A DNA stretch of 64,000 nucleotides from Alphaproteobacteria bacterium (GCA_965228895.1 OZ245842.1:416001-480000); one strand, 5' to 3'; shown: positions 38,875 to 48,614, numbered from the stretch's first letter. Notes: a model not told the origin generated them from the sequence alone. A program made the numbers and translations.

Positions 38875-39151
38875 CGAAGTCTCTCAGGACGAGGCCGGTC
38901 AATGCCGCAATCGCATCGTCAGCGTCACACCCTTCCGCTCGAATGATCAGAGTTTCGCCGGCCGCGATCTTCAACGCCATGACCTTGACGATGCTCTTGG
39001 CGTCGATCCATCCGGTCTCGTCCGCCTCGGTACGCAGCCTGATGTCGGACTCGAACGTCTTGGCGAGCTTGGTCAGTTTCACCGACGGTCTGGCGTGCAG
39101 GCCGACATCGTGAGTCACACGGACGGATCCTTCGGCATGGCTCGGCGTCAC
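38852..39151 (-). CDS. ptsH: HPr phosphocarrier
   Basis: GLHARP and DAKSI motifs. Confidence 0.93.
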   Translation of the reverse strand: MTPSHAEGSVRVTHDVGLHARPSVKLTKLAKTFESDIRLRTEADETGWIDAKSIVKVMALKIAAGETLIIRAEGCDADDAIAALTGLVLRDFDETRVDG

Positions 39152-39537
39152 GGTGACAGTTCCTCCGCCGTTGCCTTGACATCCTCAAGCGTGGCGTTAC
39201 CCCAGGCTTCGGTTGCCGCCATGACAGCGCCTTCAACGATCGGTGCGTTGCAGATGACGACGCGCTCACGCCATGGTTCCGGCAACATCTCGATGGCCAT
39301 TTCCGAGTTCGTCTCGGCGCCGCCGAGGTCGACCAGAATGGCGACGCCGGCGTCGGAATAGACCGTCTCGATCGCCTGCTTGATCGCGGCGACATCCGTA
39401 CCCAGGCCGCCGTCCGAGTTACCGCCGCACCACGCGACCGGGACTTCGTCGCCGACCATCTGATGCACCATGTCGTGGGCACCGCTGGCGACGCCAGGCG
39501 AATGCGAAACAATAACGATGCCAACTCTGTTACTCAC
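39148..39537 (-). CDS. dhaM: DhaM (stand-alone EIIA-type phosphotransferase subunit)
   Basis: VGIVIVSHS, GGLGT, LVDLGGA, NAPIVEGA. Confidence 0.92.
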   Translation of the reverse strand: MSNRVGIVIVSHSPGVASGAHDMVHQMVGDEVPVAWCGGNSDGGLGTDVAAIKQAIETVYSDAGVAILVDLGGAETNSEMAIEMLPEPWRERVVICNAPIVEGAVMAATEAWGNATLEDVKATAEELSP

Positions 39538-40150
39538 CAGTCTTCCCCTGCACTGCCTGACATACGGCGTGAACCAACAACTGACTTGATCGTGCGCCCG
39601 GATCGAGATGTCCAACCGAGCGCTCGGCCAGAAACGATGCTCGGCCCTTCGTCGCCTGCATGGCGCGAGTCGATTCCAAACCATCGTCGGCTGCCGTTAG
39701 CGCATGGGCCACGGCATCGGCTACGGTTTTCGACTGCTTCAGTGCATCCTCGACCGGACCAAGCACGTCCAGCATGGTTTTCTCGCCACGGTCGGACTTG
39801 CCGCGCGACTTCACGGCATCGACCCCGGCGGTAAAGGCTTGCGTGAACGCTTCGAGTGACAGGGACGAAGCGGGCATGGCCTTGCCCATGGCCATAAGAA
39901 AACTGCCGTAGAGCGGGCCGGATGCACCGCCGACCTTCATGACCAGGGTCATGCCGGCTTTCTGCAGCCCGGCGCTGGGATCCAGGTCGGCCAGGGCATC
40001 GCGTTCGGCGGCGATCGCCTCGAACCCACGCTTCATGTTGAGCCCGTGGTCGCCATCGCCGATCGCCTGGTCGAGCGCCGTCAACTCGTCCGTATGATCG
40101 AGGATGGTGGCGACGCATGCGTCAATCAGCGGTGCGGTAAGGTCAGCCAT
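39530..40150 (-). CDS. dhaL: Dihydroxyacetone kinase subunit DhaL
   Basis: LDQAIGDGDHG, GGASGPLYG, KTMLD, KGRAS, DPGA. Confidence 0.95.
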   Translation of the reverse strand: MADLTAPLIDACVATILDHTDELTALDQAIGDGDHGLNMKRGFEAIAAERDALADLDPSAGLQKAGMTLVMKVGGASGPLYGSFLMAMGKAMPASSLSLEAFTQAFTAGVDAVKSRGKSDRGEKTMLDVLGPVEDALKQSKTVADAVAHALTAADDGLESTRAMQATKGRASFLAERSVGHLDPGARSSQLLVHAVCQAVQGKTGE

Positions 40151-41177
40151 GAGGGCCTCCCGCCGCCTGGCCCGCAAGCCGGGCTCCGTCCTTTGAGAAA
40201 AAGAGCGCCCCGCCCGGCCGAGCCCGCACTGTGACGGGCTGGCCCGGCCGGAACTGCCGGTCAGCCGGTGCCAGGGAGCTGATCGCCTGGTCGGCGAGAC
40301 TGAGCTGGATGACGGTTTCGGCGCCCAGATGCTCGACATGGGTCACGGTCGCCGTGTCGCCGCCGTCGTCGAGGACGACGTCTTCCGGCCGGACGCCCTG
40401 CGTCGCCGTTCCCGACGGCGCCGCGGCACCCAAGCAACCGGCCGGCAGCAGATTGATGCGGGGGGATCCCAGACGGCGCGCCACGTCGATGTTGTCGGGC
40501 TTCTGATAGACCTCCGTCGGCGTTCCGATCTGCACGAGGCGACCTTCCGACAGGACGCCAATCCGATCCGCCAAGGTCATGGCTTCCACCTGATCGTGGG
40601 TGACGTAAAGGATGGTCGCGCCAAGCGAGAGCTGAATACGTTTCAGTTCGATCCTGAGATCGTGGCGCAGCTTCGCGTCGAGCGAGGACAACGGCTCGTC
40701 CATCAGAAATATCGCGGGTTCGCGGACCAGGGCACGGCCGATGGCGACCCGTTGCATCTCACCGCCCGACAGTTTGGTTGCCTTGTTCTCCAGCTTGTTC
40801 TCGATGCGCAGCAGTCCTGCGATCTCGCGAACGCGTCGGTCGATCTCCTTATCGCCCAGACGGCGCAGGGGCGATTTGAGCGGAAACGCCATGTTCTGGT
40901 AGGCGGTGTAGTGGGGGTAGAGCGAATACTGCTGGAACACCATCGCGACGTCGCGCGCGGCGGGATCCGTCGTCGTGATGTCAACGCCTTGGATGGCAAC
41001 GCGGCCACAGTCCGGGCGTTCCAGGCCTGCGACCAAGCGCAAGGTCGTTGTCTTGCCGGCCCCTGTCGGGCCGAGCAGGACGACACATTCGCCGTCCGCA
41101 ATGGTCATCGACATGTCTGCGATGGCGACAGTTTCGTCAAACGTCTTGGTGATTTGGGAGAGCGCTACGTCAGCCAT
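40143..41177 (-). CDS. Carbohydrate ABC ATP-binding protein
   Basis: GPTGAGKTT, LSGGEMQR, DEPLSSLD, THDQ. Confidence 0.93.
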   Translation of the reverse strand: MADVALSQITKTFDETVAIADMSMTIADGECVVLLGPTGAGKTTTLRLVAGLERPDCGRVAIQGVDITTTDPAARDVAMVFQQYSLYPHYTAYQNMAFPLKSPLRRLGDKEIDRRVREIAGLLRIENKLENKATKLSGGEMQRVAIGRALVREPAIFLMDEPLSSLDAKLRHDLRIELKRIQLSLGATILYVTHDQVEAMTLADRIGVLSEGRLVQIGTPTEVYQKPDNIDVARRLGSPRINLLPAGCLGAAAPSGTATQGVRPEDVVLDDGGDTATVTHVEHLGAETVIQLSLADQAISSLAPADRQFRPGQPVTVRARPGGALFFSKDGARLAGQAAGGPHG

Positions 41178-42264
41178 GGCGCCCTCCCGTGTTGGTCAAG
41201 GCCAGGGCTGCTTGCGACTTGGCGTCGAACAACGAGAGCCTTGACGTCAGGAAGTCGAGACCCACGGTGTCGCCAATCCGGGCATCGACCGTGTTGGAGG
41301 CGCGTACGCGCACCCGACCAACATCGGTGTCGACGGCGACGATCTTGCGCGCGCCCGTGTACTCGACGCCGAACACCCGTCCGCGCAGCGCTGCCGAATC
41401 GCTGAGTACGATGTGTTCGGGGCGGGCGCCCAGAATGCCGCTGTCGTGATCCAGGCCGTGTTCAAGGACCGGAACGCTGACATCGGCGCCGGCGACCGAC
41501 ACCTTGTCGCTACCGGGCGCGACGGGTCCGCCAAAGGGCAGCATGTTCATCGGCGGATTGCCGATAAAGTCCGCGACGAAGACGGACGACGGCCGGTCAT
41601 AGACGTCGTTCGGTGTGCCGACCTGCAGGATCTCACCGCCGTTCATGACCGCGACATAGTCACCCATCGACATCGCCTCGACCTGGTCGTGGGTGACATA
41701 AACGGTGGTTGCGCCGATGCGGTCATGAAGCTGCCGCAGCTCCTGACACATGAGATCACGGAACTCGGTATCCAGCGTGCCCAGTGGCTCATCCATCAAA
41801 AATGCCTTGGGCCGGCGGACGATCGCGCGGCCGAGCGCGACCCGTTGACGGTCGCCGCCGGCCAGCTGGCTGGGGCGTGCCTTCAAGAGGTCTTCGATAC
41901 GCAGCAACCGCGCGACTTCCTTGATGCGCTCGGCAATCTCCCGGCGGCTGACGCCCTGCGACTTCAGCGGATAGGCAAGGTTGTTATAGACGTTGAGATG
42001 CGGATAGAGCGCAAAGAGCTGAAAGACAAACGCGATATCGCGCTGTGCGGCACGACGGAACGTTACGTCTTCATCACCCAGGACGATGCGCCCGGACGTC
42101 GGTATCTCAAGTCCGGCGATCATGCGCAGCGTTGTTGTCTTGCCGCAGCCGGACGGCCCGAGCAGCACAAAAAAGCTGCCGTCGGGAATCGTCATGGTCG
42201 AATCCTTGACCGCAACGAACGCGTCGAAGCGTTTGTGCAGGTTCTCGATGCGGATCTGGGCCAT
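41170..42264 (-). CDS. Carbohydrate ABC ATP-binding protein
   Basis: GPSGCGKTT, LAGGDRQR, DEPLGTLD; ATG at 42264. Confidence 0.93.
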   Translation of the reverse strand: MAQIRIENLHKRFDAFVAVKDSTMTIPDGSFFVLLGPSGCGKTTTLRMIAGLEIPTSGRIVLGDEDVTFRRAAQRDIAFVFQLFALYPHLNVYNNLAYPLKSQGVSRREIAERIKEVARLLRIEDLLKARPSQLAGGDRQRVALGRAIVRRPKAFLMDEPLGTLDTEFRDLMCQELRQLHDRIGATTVYVTHDQVEAMSMGDYVAVMNGGEILQVGTPNDVYDRPSSVFVADFIGNPPMNMLPFGGPVAPGSDKVSVAGADVSVPVLEHGLDHDSGILGARPEHIVLSDSAALRGRVFGVEYTGARKIVAVDTDVGRVRVRASNTVDARIGDTVGLDFLTSRLSLFDAKSQAALALTNTGGRHG

Positions 42265-42266
42265 CG

Positions 42267-42467
42267 TCAATCCTTGAAGTGGCTGACGATGACGAAACCC
42301 AGCGTGCCGGTGAGGATGACACCGAAGGAATAGCTGTAGGCCCACATTGAGAACGGTTGCATCAGCATGATGACGCCGGCGGCGATCAATGTCGTTGCCG
42401 CGGCTTCCCATGGTCCGCGTCGGAACAGGCGCCGCGGCCGCGTCTTGTTGGCGTCGCGCCCGCTCAT
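42267..42467 (-). CDS. Small two-TM membrane protein within the ABC operon
   Basis: RRGPWEAAATTLIAAGVIMLMQPF...FGVILTGTLGFVIVSHF; ATGA-coupled to the upstream permease. Confidence 0.75.
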   Translation of the reverse strand: MSGRDANKTRPRRLFRRGPWEAAATTLIAAGVIMLMQPFSMWAYSYSFGVILTGTLGFVIVSHFKD

Positions 42468-43420
42468 TTGCGCACCGCGCCAAAGGTAATGCCGCGCAGC
42501 AGGTGCCGGCGCATGAGGACGGTGAAGAAGACGATCGGCAGCAGGAAGAGCGTCGTGCCCGCGCCGACGGCGGGCCAATCAAGGCCGCCCTCGCCAATGA
42601 TCGTGGGAATGAAGGGCGGCGCCGTTTGCGCCTCGCCGCTGGTCAGCAGCAGCGCAAATGCATACTCGTTCCAGGCGAAGATAAGACAGAAGATCGCCGT
42701 CGCCGCGATGCCCGTCGTCGCCTGGGGCAGAACGATCTTGATAAAGGCCTGGAATCGGCTGTAGCCGTCGATCATGGCGGCTTCCTCGTATTCGGGCGGG
42801 ATCTCGTCAATGAAGCCTTTCAGGAGCCAGACCGCGAGGCTGACGTTGACGGCCGTATAGAGCAAGATCATGCCGAGATGAGTGTCGTTCAGGCCAAGCT
42901 CTCGGTACATCAAGAAGATCGGCACGGCGACGGCAATCGGCGGCATCATGCGTGTCGACAGGATGAAGAACATCAGGTCGTCCTTTAGCGGCACCCGAAA
43001 GCGCGAGAAGCCATAAGCCGCGAGCGTGCCGAGGAAGACGGCAAGGAAAGTCGAGCCAAAGCCGATGATGACGGAGTTGGTGTAACGCTCGGCGAAACGC
43101 GACGGCCCGGTGATCACCATGTTGCGGCTGCGCACCAGTTCCTCATACCAGCTCGACGGCGGCGGCAGGCTTTCCATGTACTCCGGCGTTTGGCGCGACC
43201 GTGTCGTGAAGAGGTTTACGTAGCCTTCCAGCGACGGGTTGAACGTTACTTCCGGCGGGTAGGCGATGGCGTCGGGCGGCGTCTTGAACCCCGTCATCAA
43301 GATCCAGACGAGCGGCACCAAGGCGATAAGGGCATAGGCCGCGACCAAGACACCTGCAACGGTGCGCGACAGGGGGCTGGGTTCGACGACCGAATGTGAC
43401 GTCGAGGCAAAGCGGCTCAT
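42464..43420 (-). CDS. Carbohydrate ABC permease (MalG-like)
   Basis: EEAAMIDGYS EAA loop; FAWNEY. Confidence 0.93.
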   Translation of the reverse strand: MSRFASTSHSVVEPSPLSRTVAGVLVAAYALIALVPLVWILMTGFKTPPDAIAYPPEVTFNPSLEGYVNLFTTRSRQTPEYMESLPPPSSWYEELVRSRNMVITGPSRFAERYTNSVIIGFGSTFLAVFLGTLAAYGFSRFRVPLKDDLMFFILSTRMMPPIAVAVPIFLMYRELGLNDTHLGMILLYTAVNVSLAVWLLKGFIDEIPPEYEEAAMIDGYSRFQAFIKIVLPQATTGIAATAIFCLIFAWNEYAFALLLTSGEAQTAPPFIPTIIGEGGLDWPAVGAGTTLFLLPIVFFTVLMRRHLLRGITFGAVRK

Positions 43421-44373
43421 CGCTGTTTCACCCGGTTAAGGAACTTGACGTAGAGATTGCCGGCCCCGAACACCGTGACAAACAGGATGATGGCAAAGGC
43501 CGAGCTATAGCCGGTTCGCCATTTCTCGAAGGCTTCTCGCTTCAGGTTGATCGACGCCAGTTCCGTCACCGACCCGGGCCCGCCCGACGTCAGCTCCACG
43601 ACGAGGTCGAACATCTTGAAGTTCTCAATGCCCCGGAACAAGACGGCAAGCATCAAGAAGGGCAGGACCATCGGTACGGTGATGGTCCAGAACTGACGCC
43701 AACGCGAGGCCCGGTCGACCTCAGCCGCTTCATAGATATAGTCGGGGATCGACCGCAACCCGGCCAGGCAGATCAGCATCACGTAAGGCGTCCACATCCA
43801 GGTGTCGACCAGAACGATGGCCCAGGGCGCCAGGTTGACATCGCCGATCATGGTGAAGCTGCCGGCGTCGATGAAGAAATTGACGATGTAGTTAAAGATG
43901 CCGGACTGGGGCTGGAAGATATAGGTCCAGAAAACGCCAACGACCGCAGGCGACAGCATCATCGGAAGCAGGATCAGCGTCGTCCAGGTTGCATGACCCT
44001 TGAAGCGGCGGTTGATCAACAGAGCGAGGCCGAATCCGAGGACCACCTGACAGACCATGGTCCAGGTAACGAAGTGCGCGGTCGCCTGCATGTAGCCCCA
44101 GACGTCCTCGCTGCCGAGCAGCCTTTCGTAGTTGCGAAAGCCGACCCACTCGATCTCGCGGCCCGGCTGGTTCGCCCGGTAGTTGGTGAAACTGAGGTAG
44201 ATCGCCCACAGCAGCGGAAAGATGTTGATCGCCAGAAGCAGGCCGATGGTCGGCAGAATAAAAACCCAGGCCAGGGCCCTGTCGCCCATCCCACGCACAC
44301 GGATGCCACGCCCGGGAAGCGTTGCTGTCGCTGCTGTTGTGGTCGTGCTCTGGGACATGTGGGATTGAGCCAT
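43417..44373 (-). CDS. Carbohydrate ABC permease (MalF-like)
   Basis: YEAAEVDRAS EAA loop; WMWTPY; GGPG. Confidence 0.93.
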   Translation of the reverse strand: MAQSHMSQSTTTTAATATLPGRGIRVRGMGDRALAWVFILPTIGLLLAINIFPLLWAIYLSFTNYRANQPGREIEWVGFRNYERLLGSEDVWGYMQATAHFVTWTMVCQVVLGFGLALLINRRFKGHATWTTLILLPMMLSPAVVGVFWTYIFQPQSGIFNYIVNFFIDAGSFTMIGDVNLAPWAIVLVDTWMWTPYVMLICLAGLRSIPDYIYEAAEVDRASRWRQFWTITVPMVLPFLMLAVLFRGIENFKMFDLVVELTSGGPGSVTELASINLKREAFEKWRTGYSSAFAIILFVTVFGAGNLYVKFLNRVKQR

Positions 44374-44466
44374 CTGCTGGCTTGGATACTAAAGGGATCA
44401 AAAAAATATGGTCGACCGGACCGGAGACGTGGTCCGGCCGACCAGGTTGGTTGCGACGGCGGGAGA

Positions 44467-45792
44467 CTAAATCTTACCGTCGTCTTCGAACACTTCGGTC
44501 CAGTCATCAACGAGCTTGTCGAGCGCTTCCTGGGCCGTACCTTGATCGGCCACGACATAGTCGTGAACCCGCTTCTGCATGGATTGCAGCAATTCGGCGT
44601 ATGTTGGTTCTTGCCAGAAATCCTGTACGCTACTCATGGCCACCAGGAAGTCGGAAGCGAACGGCGCGCTGCCGGCAAAGCTGGGGTCTTCGAGCACCGA
44701 CAGACGGCATGAGTAACCGCCAAGGGACCACCACTTCTGCTGCACTTCCGGCTTGGCAAACCACTTGATGTACTCAAGCGCCATGTCCTGTTTGTCGGAA
44801 TAGGCGACGACGGAGATCCCCTGTCCGCCGAGCGTTGACGCCTCGACGTTCTGGGCGGGATTGACGAAGAAACCCGACTTGTCACCGCCGACATCTTCGT
44901 CCTTGGCGATACCGGGGAAGAAAGCGAACCAATTCATCTGCATCGCCACCTGGCCGGACTTGTAGGCGTCCAGATTGGCAACCATGTAGGCGTCGGAATG
45001 CCCCGGAGGTGTGCAGCACTCATAGAGTTCCTTGTAGAACGACAGGGCTTCGACAGCGGCCGGGCCATTGACATAACCGCCCATATCATAGGGCCGCTCG
45101 GGATTGTCGTACTCCATGCCCCAGGCATACATCGCCGACGTCACGCCCATGGTAATGCCTTCGGAACCGCGTTCGGTGTAAAGACCCATGCCGTAGACGG
45201 TCTTGCCGTCGATCTCGCGGCCCTGGAAGAACTTGCCGATATCCATCAGCTGGTTCCAGTTCGCCGGCGGCGCGAGGTCATAGCCATACTCGCTCTTGAA
45301 GGCTTCCTGAAGCTCGGGCCGCTCGAACCAGTCCTTGCGGTAGACCCAGCCCAGCGCGTCGCCCATGGCCGGCAGCGCCCAATAGCTCGGCTCGCCCTTT
45401 GGCCATGTCGAATAGGCGTACACCGTGGCCGGCAGGAAGTCGTCCATCGAGATATCGTTCTCGACAAAGAAATCGGTGAGCTCGATGTAGTGACCATAGG
45501 TGGCCGAACCGCCGAGCCACTGGCTGTCACCAATCAACAGATCGCAGAGCTTACCGCCCGAGTTCAATTCGTTCAGAAAGCGATCCGCGAAGTTCGTCCA
45601 CGGAACAAACTCGAACTTCATGGCGATGCCCGACTCGGCCGTAAAGTCTTTCGACAGTTCAGCCAGCGCGTTGGCCGGATCCCAGGCCGCCCAACATAAC
45701 GTCAGTTCTTGATCCTGTGCCTGGGCCGTCGTGCCGCCCATGAGACCGGCCGCGACCGCGGCGGCAGCACAGATTTGTGCCAGTTTTCGCAT
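44467..45792 (-). CDS. Carbohydrate/polyol ABC substrate-binding protein
   Basis: Signal peptide (AQAQ); GDSQW; FKSEYGYDLAPP; LGGQG; GGAGG RBS. Confidence 0.92.
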   Translation of the reverse strand: MRKLAQICAAAAVAAGLMGGTTAQAQDQELTLCWAAWDPANALAELSKDFTAESGIAMKFEFVPWTNFADRFLNELNSGGKLCDLLIGDSQWLGGSATYGHYIELTDFFVENDISMDDFLPATVYAYSTWPKGEPSYWALPAMGDALGWVYRKDWFERPELQEAFKSEYGYDLAPPANWNQLMDIGKFFQGREIDGKTVYGMGLYTERGSEGITMGVTSAMYAWGMEYDNPERPYDMGGYVNGPAAVEALSFYKELYECCTPPGHSDAYMVANLDAYKSGQVAMQMNWFAFFPGIAKDEDVGGDKSGFFVNPAQNVEASTLGGQGISVVAYSDKQDMALEYIKWFAKPEVQQKWWSLGGYSCRLSVLEDPSFAGSAPFASDFLVAMSSVQDFWQEPTYAELLQSMQKRVHDYVVADQGTAQEALDKLVDDWTEVFEDDGKI

Positions 45793-45887
45793 TGCTTCAC
45801 CTCCCAAATTCTGAGTTCGCGTTGCGTCGATGTTGGTGCCGACCGACAGCCGGTCGGATAAGACCACCCCACGTATTCTTGCTCTTG

Positions 45888-45917
45888 GTTTAGTTTATTG
45901 TTTTGACTAAACTAAAC
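45888..45917. promoter_or_regulatory. Perfect inverted repeat GTTTAGTTTA-N10-TAAACTAAAC in the divergent promoter
   Basis: AT-rich dyad between the binding-protein and amidohydrolase starts. Confidence 0.7.
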
Positions 45918-46010
45918 TTCTGTCAAGCGCGATCTATCTGCTGCAGCGCACCAAATCGATGTTGCAGCGCAACAAACCGAGCGAATCAAAGCAACGTGGA
46001 GGACGTCGTG

Positions 46011-47291
46011 ATGTCGGGAACATTCATTCATAACGCCAGGATCATTGATGCCAGCGGCGACGAGCCGTTCTTGGGATCGGTCCAGATCCGCGGCAACCGT
46101 ATCGCCGCGATCCACCACGGCATCGAAGGCAAAGCCGGCGCCGGCGACAAGTCAATCGACGCCGGTGGCGCCACACTGATGCCCGGCCTGATCGAGGCGC
46201 ACGCGCATATCTCGTTCTGCGATACACCGACCCTGGAAGACCTCGGCGACATCCCGCCGGAAGAGCACACGCTCGAGACCATGAAGTTCGCGCGCAAGAT
46301 GCTGGATCAGGGTTTCACTTCGTTGTTCAGCGCGGCGGCGGCCAAACCCCGCCTGGATGTCGTCATCCGCAATGCGATCGAAGCCGGTGACATTCCGGGG
46401 CCGCGCATGCGTGCGGCCAGCCCTGAGCTGACGGTCACCGGCGGGCTGGGTGATGTCAGGCGCCGTCACATTCATCGCGAGACCTTCGCGATCTGCTGCG
46501 ACGGCGTCGACGAGTTTCGCCGCACCGCGCGCGAGATGTGCCGCGAGGGCGTCGATACCTTGAAGATCAATCCGTCGGGCGACGAGTTCATCCCGTTCGC
46601 CCGGGCGCACTTGACCGTCATGAACGAAGACGAGATCGCCGCCGTGTGCGAGGTCGGCAAGTCGCGCGGCAAAATGGTCGCGGTCCACGCCCGGTCGGCG
46701 CTCAGCGTCAAGCTTTGCCTGAAGCACGGCGCCGATGTGATTTACCACGCCAGCCTCAGTGACGACGAAGCGCTCGATATGCTGGAAGCACATAAGGACG
46801 AGATCTTCGTCGCCCCAGCAATGGGCATTATGTTCGCGACGTCGCAGGGTGAGGGCGCGGCCTGGGGGCTGACCAAGGACAGCGACGTCGCCATGCATTT
46901 CGCCCGCGAACTCGAGCGCTGCGTCGAGAACATGAAAGAACTCGCCAAGCGCGGCGTGCGCATCCTGCCGGGCGGCGATTACGGCTTTGCCTGGAACCCC
47001 ATCGGCACCAATGCCCGCGATCTCGAACACTTCGTCAACCTGCTCGACTTTACACCGATGCAGGCGATCCAGTCATGCTGTGCCCATGGCGGCGCGTTGA
47101 TGGGATTGCCTGGAGAGCTGGGCCAGATTCGCGAGAGCTGGCTCGCCGATCTCGTCCTGATTGACGGCGATCCGCTGAAGGACATCCGGCTTCTACAGGA
47201 CGCCGACAAGTTCTTGGGCATCATGAAGGACGGGAAGTTCCACAAAGATCCCTCGATCGCCGCGACACGGTCCACTGAGGTCGCCGCATAG
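46011..47291 (+). CDS. Metal-dependent amidohydrolase (prolidase-like subgroup)
   Basis: MPGLIEAHAH (HxH), LKI, VAVHA, IYHA, GGDYG, ADLVLIDGDPL. Confidence 0.9.
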   Translation: MSGTFIHNARIIDASGDEPFLGSVQIRGNRIAAIHHGIEGKAGAGDKSIDAGGATLMPGLIEAHAHISFCDTPTLEDLGDIPPEEHTLETMKFARKMLDQGFTSLFSAAAAKPRLDVVIRNAIEAGDIPGPRMRAASPELTVTGGLGDVRRRHIHRETFAICCDGVDEFRRTAREMCREGVDTLKINPSGDEFIPFARAHLTVMNEDEIAAVCEVGKSRGKMVAVHARSALSVKLCLKHGADVIYHASLSDDEALDMLEAHKDEIFVAPAMGIMFATSQGEGAAWGLTKDSDVAMHFARELERCVENMKELAKRGVRILPGGDYGFAWNPIGTNARDLEHFVNLLDFTPMQAIQSCCAHGGALMGLPGELGQIRESWLADLVLIDGDPLKDIRLLQDADKFLGIMKDGKFHKDPSIAATRSTEVAA

Positions 47292-47344
47292 CGTCGCACC
47301 AACGGGCAACGCCGATCGATGACTAGGCTGGGCCGTTACGCTTT

Positions 47345-47536
47345 CTCGAGCCAATGCGTCCGGCCCGTTCCCTGTTCATACGCGTAGGGAAGTTGTTTCT
47401 AAGTCACCGGTTCGGGTCAGTTATGTGGTAGCTCAGCGTGTGAAGAGTGACTGATCTGGCAGAAGTTCCCTGCATTCTCCCTGTTAACAGCGAAGTTCGG
47501 CAGAGACGGGTTCGCAGCAGACTGCCCGCACCACCA
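47345..47536 (+). repeat. Copy 2 of the composite direct repeat
   Basis: CTCGAGCCAATGCGTC (47345), TTCCCTG boxes, TCCCTGTTAACAGCGAA, and the 34-bp core at 47503-47536 identical to 35323-35356. Confidence 0.9.
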
Positions 47537-47563
47537 CTTGCTAGAATGCAGATTATGACGCCG
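47536..47563. other. dif-like recombination site 3 (left arm degenerate)
   Basis: ACTTGCTAGAA-TGCAGA-TTATGACGCCG; right arm differs by 1 nt from site 1. Confidence 0.6.
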
Positions 47564-47729
47564 ACAAGGCGTCTGCTTCATAGCTGGAAGCGGACATCCT
47601 GGGTTACTAGCGTTCAGATCCACTATTAACCCGAAGCGGCCATAAGTCAGGGGCCGGAACGATCGTCAAGGCGAGAGGCGCACCCATCTTCGATACGTAG
47701 AGGGAAGCAGGTTCGCTTGGCATGATCCT

Positions 47730-48266
47730 TCACTCCTCAACCCGGTTGTCGGGTGCAACTTTCGATGACGAAAATGACCAGCAGAAACTAATGACGACGC
47801 CGCAGGTAATCGCAGCATCGGCCAGATTAAAGGCTGGCCAGTGATACGTTCCAATGTAGAAATCCAAAAAGTCAGTTACGGCGCCATCCCAAATCCGATC
47901 CAACAGGTTACTGATCGCGCCGCCGAAGATGCAGGTGAGACCAAGTGCGAGCAGGGAACTCGATGTACGCCAAAGCCACGTGCCAACGAGTACGATCAGC
48001 ATTAGAGCAACCACGCCGAGGGCATAGGGCATAAGCGAGTGCTCAGTGCTCAGGAAGCCAAAACTGACGCCCCGATTGTAGTGCAGTACGAGATTGAAGA
48101 ATGTCGTGACCGCTATAGGCTGTGCAGAATCTTGTACGGTGCCTTCAGCGAACCACTTGGTGCCCAGATCGACCGCAACGATTCCAGCACTTAACGAGCC
48201 AGCCATCGTGAGACGCCGAAGCGTGCGGCGTCTTCCGAACCATGACGTGTGCACAACCGTCTTCAA
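47730..48266 (-). CDS. lspA: Lipoprotein signal peptidase II (accessory copy)
   Basis: DLGTK, NRGVSFG, GAISNLLDR, VTDF, WPAFNLAD. Confidence 0.93.
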   Translation of the reverse strand: MKTVVHTSWFGRRRTLRRLTMAGSLSAGIVAVDLGTKWFAEGTVQDSAQPIAVTTFFNLVLHYNRGVSFGFLSTEHSLMPYALGVVALMLIVLVGTWLWRTSSSLLALGLTCIFGGAISNLLDRIWDGAVTDFLDFYIGTYHWPAFNLADAAITCGVVISFCWSFSSSKVAPDNRVEE

Positions 48267-48275
48267 CGAAGACCG

Positions 48276-48614
48276 TTAATCACCGATCACCCGCCGCCGC
48301 TCCTCGAACTCGGCCTTGTCAATCTCACCGCGTGCATACCGCTCCTTCAGAACATCAAGGGCCGTCCTGCCCTGCGGGACATGCGGTGTGCCGCTGTGAC
48401 CAGCGCCACCGAGAAAGCGTACGATCAAGACGATCACGGCAACCGCCACGACCAAGATGATGATCATCATGAATGGACCCATGAACCATCCCGACCATCC
48501 GCCATGCCACATGTCCGGTCCATAAGGGCTGTTCTGGACCTGTTGTGACAGTGCGGGAGAGGTAACAAAGACAAAGCCAAGCACTGTGATAACCAAACGG
48601 ATTGGCGTTTTCAT
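48276..48614 (-). CDS. SHOCT-domain membrane protein
   Basis: Signal peptide, one TM helix, ALDVLKERYARGEIDKAEFEERR. Confidence 0.88.
   Translation of the reverse strand: MKTPIRLVITVLGFVFVTSPALSQQVQNSPYGPDMWHGGWSGWFMGPFMMIIILVVAVAVIVLIVRFLGGAGHSGTPHVPQGRTALDVLKERYARGEIDKAEFEERRRVIGD

Noticed and set aside
43396-44712. Long antisense ORFs (also 37648-38805, 40329-41405, 59562-60620, 3428-4471)
   Set aside because: They mirror well-supported genes on the opposite strand and carry no motifs.
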